The translations under genes and the position numbers were made by a program. DNA of 63,502 bases, counting the filler, from Sphacelaria rigidula (lineage: Eukaryota), in NCBI GenBank assembly GCA_964200075.2. It is 4 parts of 4 records of this genome, joined end to end, with 100 filler letters (N's around TTAATTAATTAA, not from the genome) between each part and the next. Parts side by side here need not be neighbours in the genome. Positions count along the whole stretch, not along the records: positions 31,805 to 47,603 come from CAXNAA020001587.1; positions 47,704 to 63,502 come from CAXNAA020001588.1; 2 more parts are not named here. One strand, 5' to 3'. The notes beneath the pieces are model-generated. The model worked only from the letters and a program-made list of their open reading frames with translations, ran no database searches and was not told where the DNA came from. Positions 35,545-49,329 of the stretch are shown in pieces. Numbering within the stretch: the first letter of the stretch is position 1; every line of letters begins with the position of its first letter.

Positions 35545-36184
35545 TGTGACACCCATGTACAACAGTAATCAAAGACACATAAGGAAAAGCCAGTTGCTCA
35601 AGGATGCACAAGCTACAAAATAATAACGATGGAGACGTTGCTGCCGCTGCTGCTGCTGCTGCTTCTACTGCAGCTGTCACTGGTGAAGGATTCACTGCCG
35701 TCACTGCCGCTACTGCTGCCGCTGCAGCTGCGGGGAGAATATGGTGCGTGTGTGCTTCCGCGGGTGTGGGACTTTTGGACTCTTCGACTCCAGATCCGGG
35801 CATAGTATCAGCTGGTTCAAAGTCCAAACCGTGAGTGAGCAGGGTCTTAAAGGAGAGAGGCTTAGACATAAGCTACCGTGCGAAGCCAATATAAGACAGG
35901 CCTGCTGGCCGCGGGCATGACTCATCTGACCTGGACGGTGGATGGGTGTAGGTTGTAGCTTCTCACTCGGTGAAAGGGTACGGAGTGTAGAGAGACGCGA
36001 CGTGGGCTTGAACCGGACGGGCTTTGCAAGGCAAGGCTTGAGGTTGAATGACAGCGTAACCAGGTGGGGGGCACATGGACAGGGTGCCTCCCACACGGGA
36101 GGATGACGAGCCCAGACTGGGGAATGGAGGATGACGGTCCCAGGGTGACAGGCACGGGATGATGGTCCGGGTTGACGTATCACA
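35545..36184. mobile_element. Putative solo LTR (~640 bp); partial copy at ~34210-34462
   Basis: TGTGA...TCACA termini and internal (GCT)n tracts; ~250 bp is duplicated at 34210-34462. TSD not clean. Confidence 0.4.
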
Positions 36185-36515
36185 TATTGTCAAGATTACA
36201 AGCACCAGCACGGCAGTACAGCACTAGCAGAGTAATATATACCGTTCCAGTATGTATAATTCTCACTGAAAAACTGATGAAGTTAGTTATATTATAATAA
36301 TAACAATTTTGATGAAAAAGAAATATTGGTGTGTCGGTGTGTCCGGTCGAAAATGGCATCGTTGTTGGATATGAAGAGCATAATCAAGCATAACTTCCAC
36401 GGGACGAGCAAAAATCGAGCATAAATTCCACTTCACGACCAATGCTTTCGGTGAGATTACTACGACTAGAATAAAAAAACGACTTGGTGAGCATATTAGG
36501 TAGAAGCCTAGGTTA

Positions 36516-36803
36516 GGCCGTGTCTTACCGGGACCAAAAAACGAAGCGGGAACAAGAACGAGCTCCAGGAGTAGCATGTTGATCGATCGCCGGCGGGGTC
36601 TATGGTCACGGCAACTGATGCAACATGCTCCTTGTGGACGCTTGTTCCTTTTTACTGCATCTTTTTTTCGTCTCGTAACACACGGCCTCGGCGGTGTCTT
36701 ACCGAGACCAGAAAAAGAAGGGGGAAAAGAAACAAGCGTCCAAAAGCAGCATGTTGATTGATCCCCGTGCGGGTCTCTGGTTGCGGCCGAAGGATGAAGC
36801 ATT
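36516..36803. mobile_element. Tourist-like MITE (36516-36687) plus an adjacent partial second copy
   Basis: TTA|GGCCGTGTCTTAC...GTAACACACGGCC. The second copy starts GGCGGTGTCTTACCGAGACC at 36690. Confidence 0.6.
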
Positions 36804-36953
36804 TGGTGGACCTATTACAGCGGGGGGGATGTGGGGGGAGGCTGTCTCGCCGCATTTTCTCGCAGCCAAAAAAATTGGTAGGACACCCCCTCAACACTCC
36901 GACAGCCAGGAAGGGTCATGCATTGAATCGGCATCAATCAATTTATACTGTAA

Positions 36954-37490
36954 GGGCCTATCTTCGCACATTTTTTTACGATCGAAAAAGTGCAGTCGAT
37001 TGTTTTCGCCTATCTGATAGGTCCACCGCATTTCTGTTCCGAGACGACTTCAACTGAAAATTATGATCAGTGGCGCGCGGAAAAAAGTATTTCGAGACAA
37101 GAAAATAGTATTTCTTATTGGCGAAAACTTGCGCATCTTCTTTCATGGTACGGATCAGCGACGGAACTGCATGGTACCGTGGGTAACCGAGCTGCGTGCA
37201 CGCTCGTGGACAGTGCAGGCACTACAAAGCTACACGTTTCTGAAGTCCTTCTCACGTCGCATTGTAAGCAGAGAGGCTGTCTACACTGCACGTTGCCCGC
37301 TTCACTTTTATATCCTCCTGTGAGAAACACACACACGCACTCAAGGCGCCGCTTGCAGGCAGTGTAGGCAGTGTAGGCAGTACAGGCTGTCTGTACTGTA
37401 CACGAGTGACCATGTACCGCTTCACGAATCTCACCGTCTTTTTTCGATCGAAAGCTACTTGACCGACCAAGCGGTTAACACACCCCGTTG
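36954..37490 (-). mobile_element. Internally deleted copy of the GGGCGTGT Harbinger-type family
   Basis: TAA|GGGCCTATCTTCGCAC end; aligns with 54377-55280 and, inverted, with 32178-32880. Confidence 0.6.
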
Positions 37491-39949
37491 AAAAAGCAAC
37501 AGCTCTTGCGAAAAATGCAACGATCAATTCAGCCGACGCTTAGCGACGCCCCATACATCACGCCAGTTCTAGCTCCACTCCTGGGTTACCCCCCCCCCCC
37601 CCTCCCCCTCCCCCCACCAACGGCACAGTACAGTAATATGGACGGTTCAACATGCGCTCTCTCGTATCCCCGTATCCCAATTGCATAGCACCCGGGGGTG
37701 AATCGGAGTTGATCCACCTTGCGGGCAAATTCACACGGTCCTCTCGTAATTCAAACCCGCACACGATCAGTGAGTACAAAACTGCAACATCTGTGCAGTA
37801 CTTTTACTCACGGCTGTTCTAAGTCCCTTCTTTTCTCCTGACGACGGCGACGAAAGCTTCAAGATCTGGCCATTATCTTCCCGGTTATATACTTCCATTG
37901 TGACACTAGCTCTCCGAGCAACCCTGTGTTCTCTATGCGCGTTCGTTGCCCTCGCACCGCGGTTTGCGCGGTTCCTCTCACCTTTCCACGTGGAGTTGAG
38001 CGCAGTTCGCTGCCTAATGTCATCATCTATTTTGCCCCGCAGATTCAATCGTCGTCATTCAAGTCGTCGGGGAAATAGGCTTCTTCCGAGCTTCTTCGCT
38101 CCACAGCTTACCCGAGAAAGCATTGGCCCACCTGAACCCAACACACAAGTCCAGCATAGAGGCTGGTACCGGGTGGAAGTTTTGTCCGGTTGGCCAGGTG
38201 CTGTGCCTGGTGGCGTGGAAGTACCTGCTGTAGTAGATGTAAAGATGCAGCGGCAAGAATGGATCCCACTGGACTTGACAGCGACTGATCAGGTAGGCAT
38301 CCTGTTCCCTTCTTATTGGTTCGGTGTAACTGCTTGATCGCTTCGATAAACGTAGGTGCCGGGACTGCTGCGTTGTCGAGTGAGGAATTCCCGTGATACT
38401 GACAATGGTATATTGTCTTCCAGTATTGCATAAGCTGAAACGATTGTATTGACCGATGTTCGGCATGCAACCCTTGCGTGTGCAACACGTGTGCTGGCTG
38501 TCCAGTTCTTAATTTCTGTTATACAGAGCTCCTCAAGTCTGTTACAGCACAATCCATGCAGTCAACAATTGTAGGTCCTCCACGAGAGTGTCACACAAAA
38601 CTACGGACCACAGCTGCCTGACAAGTGATGGAGAGCTTGAGCTCCACATAGTTTATAACAGTCTGTGGTACAACAGCACGAAAAATCTGTATGGCGATAT
38701 GATGCCCGGCGTTATGGTGGGACCCGTACAAGGATAACACCGCGGGTTCTAGGATAGTGAGTACTCCCATCATAATAATAGCGGTCAGTTTGTTATTTGT
38801 CGGGTACAGTGTTTTCCCCCCGCACACGTCGCCTGGCATGTACGCTGCGGAGTACACTATATCCCTCCATCCACGTCCAGCGCAGGCATGTACCTTGCTC
38901 GTTACGGAGGGGTCTCGCAGTCGTGATGATTCATTACTCAAGAGCATAGCACGAGTTCCGAATAGCAGACAGTTGAAACCGCATGAACTTGAAGAATTTG
39001 ACCTTCTCCGCACCCTTCCGCCCACCCTTATTCTCATCATATTAGACGACAGACGTCGCAACGACAGATGGGGGAAACATGGTTTACATATCGGGGGTAC
39101 AGCAAGCACCACCGGACGCAGACGGGGTCCAACGAGTCGAAGCTTTCCTCATGGCTTACAATTCCTCCGGATCTCAGCAGTGGGCGGTCACATATGGGTG
39201 AGAGGATTCTGCGCACAAGTATGGGTTTTCTCCACATTATGTTTACTTTGTGTCGAATCTACTCATGCAAGGGTGTGTGAGGTGGGGTACGCAGTATTCG
39301 TTGATACGCTGGACCGTAGGTTATTGAAACACTTGCGCCGTCCCCCATGGCGTTTGCTTCTGGTGTTCGTGATGTCCTATTTCAAAAGAGGTTGTTTGAA
39401 AACAGGTTGAAGTGCGGTTTTGCAGGGCAACACTGAGTTGCGCTCACAAAGGACCACTTCCGGCAATCGCTGATGTCAAAACCCAGAAGTTTCAATTCGA
39501 GCGATATAGTCGTCCTGTTACTGAGGCGCCCCAAGTGTTTAACCCAATCGGGGTCAGCACTCCTTCCTCATCACACCCTATAGTGGCAACAGAAGAGGTA
39601 GGGCTGTCCGATCTCGAGAGGTTGCTTTTCTAGCGAACTGCATTGTTTTGGTCGGGTATAATAGTTATTGCAGCAAAAGTTCATCTCCGTGGCCATTTCG
39701 AATGTTGATATGACTTCGGGGCCCGACTCGCCTGTCCACAATATATCGCATTCCCAGCGATGAACATGCATCCAAGAACCCTAACTACACCATGCGCCTG
39801 CAGACATCAACCGGGCATAGGTTCAGACCCATCCTTCTCGTCATAAACTCTTAAATAGACAGATGGCACTTCAAATCACAGCTTTCTTCGCACGTCCGCC
39901 CCCTCACTGCCACCCCTTTCCTCTTGCCCGTCCGATTCGTCTCTTGCAG

Positions 39950-42900
39950 CACAAGCGGATACGACCTAGGTAACTCGGTGGCCGCAGATACAACTGGCGT
40001 GTATCTCGCCGGTACGGCAAGCGTGGTACGAAACACCGACACAATGGGAACGGGAGTCGCAGACGACGTCGACACAGACGCCTTCATCGTCAAGTATAAC
40101 TCCACGGGTGGCCTGCTGTGGGAACGATCCTGGGGCACGTCAGAGCCAGACCTCGGTAACGGTGTGGCGGTGGACGATGGATCCGGGCTGGTCTATGTCG
40201 TCGGCACAACGCGGGGGGCGATGGATGCGGAGGTATCATCACCCGACTCGGGCAACATTAGTCCAACGTCGGCTGGAACAACGGAAGAAGGTCAAGCAGA
40301 GCAACCTAGTATGCTGAACGCCGGCATGTCGGATGTTTTTTTGACTTGTCTCGGGGCGGAAGAGGGAGACATTCGATGGACCGTGCAGTTCGGGAGCGCC
40401 GCCGCGGACGTTGGGAACCGGGTCGCCGTGGGGCCCAGGGGAGGTGTATTCTTGGTGGGGCAGTTGGGGGATGATGATGATCCGCCCTTGTCGTCGGCGC
40501 GAGCGTTTCTGGCCAAGTATGACTACCTTGGGAATGCGCAGGTGTGCCCTAAATGGCTTGCGTAAGAAATTCACTGCAAAATTGGATTCGGAATGATGAT
40601 GGAAACTAATACAGTAGCCCTTCCGTGGTGAACGGGTGTGTGGCCCAGATCGGAAGATTCCACACCTTGGACAATATATGGTCAACAGATGCAATAGACG
40701 AGAAGTGTACTGCATAATTGCTACTATTGACGGCCGACGATAGTCGCAATAGGCCTATACTCTATGCAGTACGTTTCTTGTCTATTGCAACTGTTGACCA
40801 TATATTGTCCAAGGTGTGGAATCTTCCGAAACGCTTGCGAAATCCCCCGTGTATGTGTAGGTCCAGAATTTCCACATGTATGCTACGCTTTCTTCAAGTG
40901 TGTACATGGGCTGGGGTAGAGCGCGAAACCGGGGGGAAGTGTACAATCTGTTTTGTGGTGTTCGTGCGAAAGTACGTTCATTGCCGCTCACCCTCAATCC
41001 TGTGCCGGGCCATTTTTATGGGAAGTTTTTCACTTCAATGGAATGTCTGGCGCTGTGCAGATAGACGACCATTCCTTTCGTGCGAGTAGCCGACGTAGCT
41101 GAAGCCAACACATGGGACGTGTTGATCACTTCCTGAACATTGTCGATGTAGCCTCTTCCAGTTGCTTCGTTTTGCGGATATTACGGACACGCAAGTGGTA
41201 GGCATTGGCTGTTTTTCAAGGCTGAGGCTCATGCTAGTTTATCCTCGAAAATGACGTGTGAGTGCACGAGCGTGTGCGCGGTTGCTACTGATTTTTGTAT
41301 CACGTCGTACTCCGCGTGTTAGGCCCGTTAGCGCATGTGCTCCTGCTACATGAGTGAAGAAAATACCTTCGCGAGGCTAAATCCCCGCTCACGAATTTTC
41401 CGCCCCCTCATGTACCTTTCACGTGCGCTCTTCCTTTCACACCAGTTCAATGCGAGACTGAATTCTAGCTCGACCCATTTTGCGGTCGACCTGGCGCCAT
41501 CATTGGGAAGCGGCGGCGAGGGGGTAGTGTACATGTCGGGGTACTCGATGGGCGACAGTGGTGAAATGTTTCTGGCCCGGTTTGAAGGTTCCACCGGAAC
41601 ACAGACATGGCTTCGCCATTTTGGAGGGGAGGGGGGTAGCGCGCACCGCGCACAATCCGTGTCGGTGGTCGAGAGACGTCACGATGACACGGGCCTGATG
41701 GGCGGTGCTATTTCCGGATCCGCGTCTGACTCTGGGACAGGTCCTGGGACGCCGGTGGTGGACCAGGGGAGCTTCGAGGCGGGGCGCGATGCTAGGATCC
41801 TGGTAGTAGGGTACAACATCTCTGCCGCGTCAGCGGAATCGCACACGAGCACCGGGTTTACCGTGGCAGCGGACACGGAAGGGACTTGGGTGTGGCAAGC
41901 CGTAGATTCCGAAGCGGAAAAGGAAACGGCAATCGCCATCGGCACGAGTGGACGAGCGGGCGGTGGGGGAGGAGGTGCAGAGGTGACCTCAGCTTATATC
42001 GTCGGCACCGTGAGCGCGAGCAAGGCCTCTCCGGGTAATTATCTTTTTCTCGACATCCAGGAGATCGTTCGACAGGGGGTTCCCACACCAGGGCCGTCAG
42101 TCGTCCAGAGGGTGACGATGCGTCCAACGCTTGCTCCACATTCGATCGGGGACGCCAGCGCCACGACGGGTCTCTCTCAAGGGGCGAGCCTCTGGCTGTT
42201 GATTATCGCCCCGATCTTCGTGGTGGTATCGTGCATCATGATGGTCGGGTACGTGTCGAAGCAGTGCGCTATCGCGTTTGGGAGCTCGCCGCACGACATG
42301 GATGGGGGAAATAGGGGCGCTCTCGACTGCAGCACCCACGACGATGGCCAGGACCATCGAGATCGATATCCGAGGAGGAGTATCCATTCGGTCCGGCATA
42401 GTAACGGCTCAGGCGCGCACTCGTCCGGGGGCGGTGGCGATGGCGAATGGCATGACAAACGTGGTCCGACAACAAATGAGGGCACGAATACATTTTGGCC
42501 GCACACTATTGCTGCCGCTCTCCGAAAGAAAGAAGCAGGTCCACCATACCGAAAGCTCGGGTCAAAGAAGCAGGGTCACATACCCTTGCGAAGAGGGGGC
42601 AGTGAGGACGAGGAGGGACCAGGCGATATTGAAATGCATGGCGCTGAGCAGCGCACTCCTTTCAGTGTTTCTCCTCACTCGAACGAGCGGGCGGGGGTGG
42701 CGGCTGAAGTTTGTGGCAGCGACGATTTAGGGGTAGATAGCAGGGATAGGAAAGAAATTGGAGCTCTCGATTTTACGGCGGAGCTCGGGGAGGACAGAGG
42801 GTCGTCGCGCGACCGTGGTTTGCGAAATGACCGGGGGTGGGGTTCTGTGGATCGTGACGATAGTGTTGTGGCCCATGATGTGAAGAGATTATCTCGAACG

Positions 42901-42978
42901 AACGAGAATCCTGCGGACCACGGGCCAGAGGGCACGGAGGTACATTCTCCTCTCAACTGGCGAGCGAACTCATCATAA
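39950..42978 (+). CDS. Last two exons (39950-40541, 41446-42978) of a single-pass membrane protein with SBBP/beta-propeller repeats, P/T-rich stalk, TM helix and long disordered tail
   Basis: Acceptors ctcttgcag (39949) and ctttcacaccag (41445) and donor gtgtgc (40542) give a phase-0 join YDYLGNAQ/FNARLNS. Repeats include DLGNSVAADTTGVYLAG, DAFIVKYNSTGGLLWERSWGTSEPDLGNGVAVD...VYVVGTT and DVFLTCL...RWTVQFGSAAADVGNRVAVGPRGGVFLVG. TM segment LWLLIIAPIFVVVSCIMMVGYV. 5' exons not located. Confidence 0.8.
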
Positions 42979-44559
42979 CATTCGCGATGAGGGCATTTTG
43001 TGTGATATTTACGTGCAAGTTGTTTTGATGAGAACGAAATAATCGTGGCTATTTTCATGGGACACATTTGTGGTCGGCATCCAGATCTTCAAACAAGCAT
43101 CGTTTGGGTTGTTGGTTTCAGTCTCCAATTGAAACAGATTGTGTGCACGGCGAAGCGAGGCATCTGTCCGCTGTTGAGGAAACAGTGCCGTGTTCTTCAA
43201 CCGCTTGGAAGAGTCGTGTGTAGGCTTCGACACGAGAAAACAAGGGGTGACGAGTGACCGTGGTATGGCTGAACCAACGCTAGGATTTCCCGTAGCGATC
43301 GTGTGCGCTAATCCCCCTCGTTCCGGTGCTTCAGTCCTTTTTTCGCTGCCGCATCGCGCTGTACACGAATCAGGTGCGAAAGCAAGAGCAATGTCGAGGT
43401 GCAACCGTGAGCGCTAGTTGATGCGCAAGCAGCTCTTTCCTTGCCTCCTCTGCCTGCACACATCATTATACATTGCGCCTACGCCCTCGTAACAGCGGCC
43501 GCAGCGGGCACATTCTGCCTGCGTCAGCATGAAAACGCGTTCTTGTTTTTTTTTTTTTCTCGTTCCATGCAAGACTCGAAAAGCTCAGTATGCTACGGTG
43601 CACGCATCAGTTAATGAGGAGCACGCCATTTATTATTTGGAGTTTTGGGCTGGGCCGAAATCGTGTACTCTAGCAACAGTGTTGTTGGGAGCAACTCTTG
43701 CTTTGGGTTGTGAAGTGAGATGCAACCGAAAAGTTGGTGTTCATGGCGTCTGTGATGTGGTCGTGACTCTTCAAAATCCCATAACCAATTGCCGATGGCA
43801 ATGGAAGAAAGGTCGAACCTTTGTTATCCCTCCTCGGATCTACGTCGAGAGACGCGCGCGACTCCATGGCTAAAACATGACAACGACCGGTGAACAAATA
43901 TGCCAGTGTTTTTTTTCTCCTCCGTGTCTGACATTGCAAGCCTACATTGACCAAATACATGTGAAGACTAGGCGTGTACATGTTCGACGAACTGCACTCT
44001 CTGTTTACAAATACTAGTTTGCTTTGATCACGTAGTATTAACTCAAGTTCCATGCCCAGCAGTCACCAGGCGTAGTTGTCCCATTTTCTGCTGGGGTGTG
44101 TCTTGTGCGTGGGATGCGTTCCCCTTTGATCCGACAAAAACACCCATCAGGCCGCTCTGGTGAGGATTTCAACGTCGCATTCAAAATGGAGCTATACTCG
44201 TTATGGATACGCGGCACACACGCCCCTTCTGAGGGGCATGCACGCAGACCACAAACCAGGCGGCGACCAAGACGACTTCCGAAGCTCTCCAGCTGAACGA
44301 CCGATCTAGTCGTGCAATTTGTTGACTACGTTGGCGTGCGCATACACACAGAGAGCCCTGTTCAGTCGACGTCTCGTTTTCCCGCGGGTTTCTCTATTCC
44401 ACCAGTCTCGAGTCAAGAACCGGGAGAAACGCGTTTCTAAAGCCAAATAATATGGTGCTCGGCTAGTCAGTGACGCCCTGTACAGCGCGAACAGTATCAA
44501 TACCACAATTGATGTAAGCCACTGGAAAAAGCAACGGTAAAACAACAGTCAGTAGTCTA

Positions 44560-46570
44560 CTAGCTCTCCACGCGCCCTGCCCGCCACGGTGGCCAATACT
44601 TGAAAACCGCACGGCCTATCACGTTTTCCCTAGGCAGGAACCCCCATACGTGTGAATCTAAGCTATGGTTCCGGTTGTCTCCGAGCACCATCACCATCCC
44701 CTGCGGTACCTGCTGCGGCCCCCACTTATACTCCGGTTCCTGGCACATGATGATCGAGCGGGAAGAACAGATCGGGACACGGTTTGCGTCAGCTCTTTAC
44801 GGAATCATCCATTCCCATCTGTGGACAGACACTCGACTCATTGCAGCTCATTGTGTCGAGGGTAAACCAGAAAAACAAAAAAAAGGGGGAGGGGGGGGTG
44901 GAAGATAAGACTTAACACCGAACAGTAGTTGGATGAGGGAACAAAGAGTGCTGTTGTCTACGAAACAACACGTCTCGCACCACACCTCGCCACACAGTTA
45001 ACCAGCCGATCAATCGCAACGCGGCAGGCAGTCAAAGCCGTCAGTGATCATTTTCAATCCGTAACGTATATGTTTGAAAAAATTGAGGGCTTCTGCTCTT
45101 TCATGTAATTCGCCACACGCTAATTAATTATTCTTGGCGTTATCCATCCATGGCATGCAACATCACAGAGAAACACCATGTGCAGCTGCACGGGTGCTTG
45201 ACCCAGCAGATACTGAGCTCTTAGAGCGTGCGACGCGCCAAGAACTTGCTCTGATTTGTGCACACACCCCGCGCTCTTTTCAACAGAAGTGGAAATGGTT
45301 CGCCAAAAGGGGTATAGAACTCACAACAGGCGCATTATCCACGAGTGCAAAACCCAACACTCACACCATTTCCTCCGTATTTTGTTGATTTCTTGTTGAT
45401 GAAAGAGCAAGACTCGCGTGTGCCTAGCCGTACCTTCACAACTCATCTGCTATGCATTTTAGGTCGTGCGACTTCACGACGGGACTGACCTCGAAAACGT
45501 AATCCTCCATTTGTTGCTCTCCATTGACAATAAGTTTCCCGTCCTTAATCTCCACAGTGTCCCCATCCACAGCAATCACACGCTTGATCAGCGCCTGACA
45601 ATCACGTCCAGGGGAGGGGGGGGATTCTTTATCCATGAAGGGGCGCAAGCAAAACATAAATTGGGGAGATTGAAGAGGCACCCTCAACGGAAGCAAATGT
45701 GGGCGGTGCTTCGCGCGTTGTGCAAAAGCGTCCAGGAGAGTAGGCATCACAAACGCCCATCTGTACGGCATCTATCTATGCTTACTAAACCCGGCTCAGC
45801 GGCCGCGTCTGTTACACGTCTGAATTTGGGGTATAGAGCCCCGACTGCGGTATGGGGTCCATACGAAGCACCATCTGCTCCTCGAGCGAAACTGTCTGAA
45901 CCCCATATAGAAGTACATGATGTTGAGATTGAGCACACGGGCAATTCCTGCTGAACTCTAATCGCACGGGCAGATCGGATACACGAACTGCATCTCGAAT
46001 ATGAGCGCACACAAATGTATATATGCATATATACGAATGATTCGAAGCCGTTGGACATGAGCTATCGAATATCCGAGGGCATTCAGCCCTCACGTTGGAT
46101 CCACGCGACATATAGCCCCGTCTCATCTTAAGTACGCACGGAGTGCACACAACTCAAATAATTCAGCCTGGCGCACTTCCTTCTCCAGTCTTATAATGCA
46201 CGCACTCTAGTATCTACAGACCAAGATGTGGGTTTACAACGCTACGCGAGTCGCAACGCTCATCCTCTACATCATACGTTATTTTTGCCGTGTAAACATA
46301 TTACCTCCTTCTCTCCCAAAGCAGAAAACTCGCGGAACTTGGGCGGGGGATAGAAGACCACAACATCCTTGCGCTGATACGGCCTGTCGAACTTCACGGA
46401 CACTTTCTCCACCGCCAGCTGGTCACCAACCTCGAACGTCGGGTACATGGACAGCGATGGGATGAAGCGCGGCTCGATTGCTACAGTCCTGATCACAAGC
46501 GCCACGGCGAGCGATGCGGCGTAGACCTGAAGGTCTTCCTTCCCGTTGGTGTCCCACCAATTCATCAGTC
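44560..46570 (-). CDS. lepB: Plastid/thylakoidal type I signal peptidase (peptidase S26A, Plsp1/TPP/LepB-like); last three exons 46305-46570, 45490-45594, 44560-44739
   Basis: Box B EPRFIPSLSMYPT (catalytic Ser), box C RKDVVVF, box D LIKRVIAVDGD (catalytic Lys), box E GDNRNHSLDSH, C-terminal GRAVFKYWPP. GT-AG junctions join in phase 0. N-terminal targeting exons not found. Confidence 0.92.
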
Positions 46571-47603
46571 CTGTTTTGGTGGGGGAGGAAGGTGGGGGAG
46601 CACCGTTCGAAAGTGCGGGATTTTCCACAGTGTATCAACATCCTCCGAGTGGTTGAACTCACGGATCAGCGATGCGCAACAGAGGCGTAGGTTAACGGCC
46701 GTGCATATCATTCGATACAGGCCATTTCCATCGCATGGTGATCTGCTATAACTACCTGTGCTATGCGTGGAGGTGTGTCTATCCTCGCTCGATCAAGGCA
46801 GCCAGCCGCTGAGCTCCAGACACTGCCGGTTTGCGCGTCCAGATAACTTTCGAACTATGAGTTTTTGGATCTCGGAGACGCGTATCCAGCACCGTGAGGT
46901 TTGAATCCCCAGCGGAGGGAGACGAAAGATAAAGCGGCTTGCCGGCGCATGGGCGCTGAAGGGGTCAATCTTGCTCTCCAGCTTCCTCCCAGATTGCCCA
47001 ATATCACCCATGGTCAAATTTGGCCCCGGATCTGTCGTTTTTCAAGTGGCACAACACGTCTGTTCCTCTTGACAGTTGGATCTTGCGTTTTCTTATGAGG
47101 CTTAGTGGATGAGGATCCTTATGAGAGTAAGTCGACGAGGACCCCTGTCCGCTTCTCCTGGCCGAACCACGCGGATGTGTGCATGTTTCGGTATGCTGAG
47201 TAGGCGGTACATGCTGTCACGTGCAAGTGGTGCACGCTGTGTACCGTTACTCCAGCGATGTACTCAAGCAACATACTCTCCATTTTACTTGAGCAGCCCC
47301 AATACTCTCGAGGATTTGCTGGCGCATGTCCTGGATACTTTGATGTTGCTCTCCAAGCCATATCATATCAACTCTTCTCTACACTACCGAGCTGCTGCTG
47401 TACCGCACAGACGGATGTTTTGCATCAGCACAGTTGAATACAACAAACAGTGCAGTGGTGACGTTTTTCTCCAACATTCACTCTACAAAGTGTTCAAGGG
47501 TCGGACGAATAATAATTCGTCTGAAAGTTACTTGATTTTAGTATAATGAGTCGACTTGTGACGAATCAATCCCTAGGCTTTATTTCAGCATTGCAACCAA
47601 GGT

Positions 47604-47703
47604 NNNNNNNNNNNNNNNNNNNNNNNNNNNNNNNNNNNNNNNNNNNNTTAATTAATTAANNNNNNNNNNNNNNNNNNNNNNNNNNNNNNNNNNNNNNNNN
47701 NNN
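47604..47703. other. Artificial contig spacer
   Basis: 44 N + TTAATTAATTAA + 44 N. Confidence 0.97.
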
Positions 47704-49070
47704 CCTGTGCTACGCTGGAAAACACTGTACAGTAAAATTCCCGCCAGTAACACTGCGCAGGGTACGTGAACCCTGTAGACCCCCTCCACAGGGTGCTGTC
47801 TGTCCACGCAGTGTTATTCCTTTTTAATATTATGGAGGCGGTATCTTCGGAGAAAAGGCGCCCCAACACAGCACACCTGGCGCCTGATGAAACTGAGAGT
47901 TGATGTATGTATGGGTTGAAGCCGAAGCTAGGGGTCGACGCAGCAGTTGCGGCAATCCAATGCGTTTTCAGCGCAGCGTGGCCTGAAACAACGATTTTGC
48001 ACAACGCTGAAGCTGTTCCGAAAACTAGAACACTTTCTAATGACAGTTCTAGAGGGTGATGATATCAAACCCGTGCTGAGCCAGGGGCGTATCTTCCCAG
48101 CCTTGTTGTCTGCCTCGGCCCCCTGGCGGTCGAGAGTGGGACCAAGACGGGGAGTGCTCAACAGTGAAGGTTCTCCATATGTTATAGACAGATTCCGTTG
48201 GGGTTTAGGCGCCGGGTGGAGAAAGACGGGGCCGCGCAGAGTAACCAAAGAGGAGAGTGTGTTCAGCCGAGGAGCACTGCAAACCGGCTCCGGCAGAGGT
48301 CAACGTGTCTTCTCTTACAGTGCCAGAGTTACCGTTCGCCTCATCACGGCGGCGTGAGAATGATAGGAGATGTTCTTGTAGTTTTGTTCTATCACAATCA
48401 ACCGGATATTCTCCGACGTGATGGTTCCAAGTGAAGAAATTGACTTTTTCCTGACAGGCACGCCATCTGTGTTTTGCGGACCTCACGCCGTTTTCATTTG
48501 CTCTTATTATGCAATTTTCGCTACCTGGGGGACAACCTCTCGCGACAGGTATACTGCAGACAGTATCGCAAGTGGTTTGTTTTGCCACCACATTTATACT
48601 GTATGCAGTACACATCTTCAGAGCAAATGCCAAGGTAGGCACACTGCGGAATACCGCGGGGTTAAACAGGAAGAGTGGGCAGTGAGAAAATATCTGGCGG
48701 CAGTAACGCCAACCCGTACTCCTGGTGCAGTCCCTGCAACACCGTGGAGCGTGTCTTCCGCGACGAAAGTGATTGCAACCGACATCTGTCGCTTAGACTT
48801 GCATAAGATATTTGATGAGCCCGTCGCGGCATTATGTGCGGCGACAGTTCTGCGCAGTGCAATCGACTGTTACGGGTAATTCTAAGCAAAAACGGCGCAC
48901 AAGTCTTTTCACCGCTTATTCCGGCGGCGCAGGAATACAGAGAACTTAATATCCTCAGCGCCAAGTGATGGGAAAAGGTGCAGCCGAGGTACAGGCGGCA
49001 TTTTCATGGCTGGTTCGGCATCGCTTCGCATCGCGGCATAAATGCACGAGGCACCGCCTGCTAAGTCCGA

Positions 49071-49329
49071 GAGTAATACTGCGGTAGGGGTGCACAACGC
49101 TTTTTCTTCTGAGGTTAGAATAGTTAGGAGCCCTTCATTTTATCCCGAACACGAGTTATGAAATGCGTGAGAGTACGCCAGGGATATTTCTCAATGTGCT
49201 AGGGATATCCCGAATGAATTTACAGGCGGGGATGCCCGGAACCATATTTTTGTGCACCTACAATCGTTAGGACCCCCTGAAGCAGACAAGACTCTGCGGA
49301 AAAAGTGCACCCCTACCGTATCGTTGCTC
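49071..49329. mobile_element. Second copy of the GAG-ended (Sola-like) MITE
   Basis: CCGA|GAGTAATACTGCGGTAGGGGTGCAC...GTGCACCCCTACCGTATCGTTGCTC|CCGG. The core (gagagtacgccagg...tgctagggatatcc) is the reverse complement of ~6050-6105. Confidence 0.7.

Noticed and set aside
38757..39410. 217-aa ORF upstream of the SBBP exon (likewise 22728-23378 and 27423-28073)
   Set aside because: No domain similarity or splice support; the latter two run through MITE sequence.
31805..47603. Contig 3 as a circular element or LTR-bounded unit, because both ends match consecutive parts of one repeat
   Set aside because: The repeat is a ~250-bp TIR MITE (full copy 27519-27769). Assembly breaks in two co-oriented copies explain it, and the contig holds ordinary intron-containing host genes.
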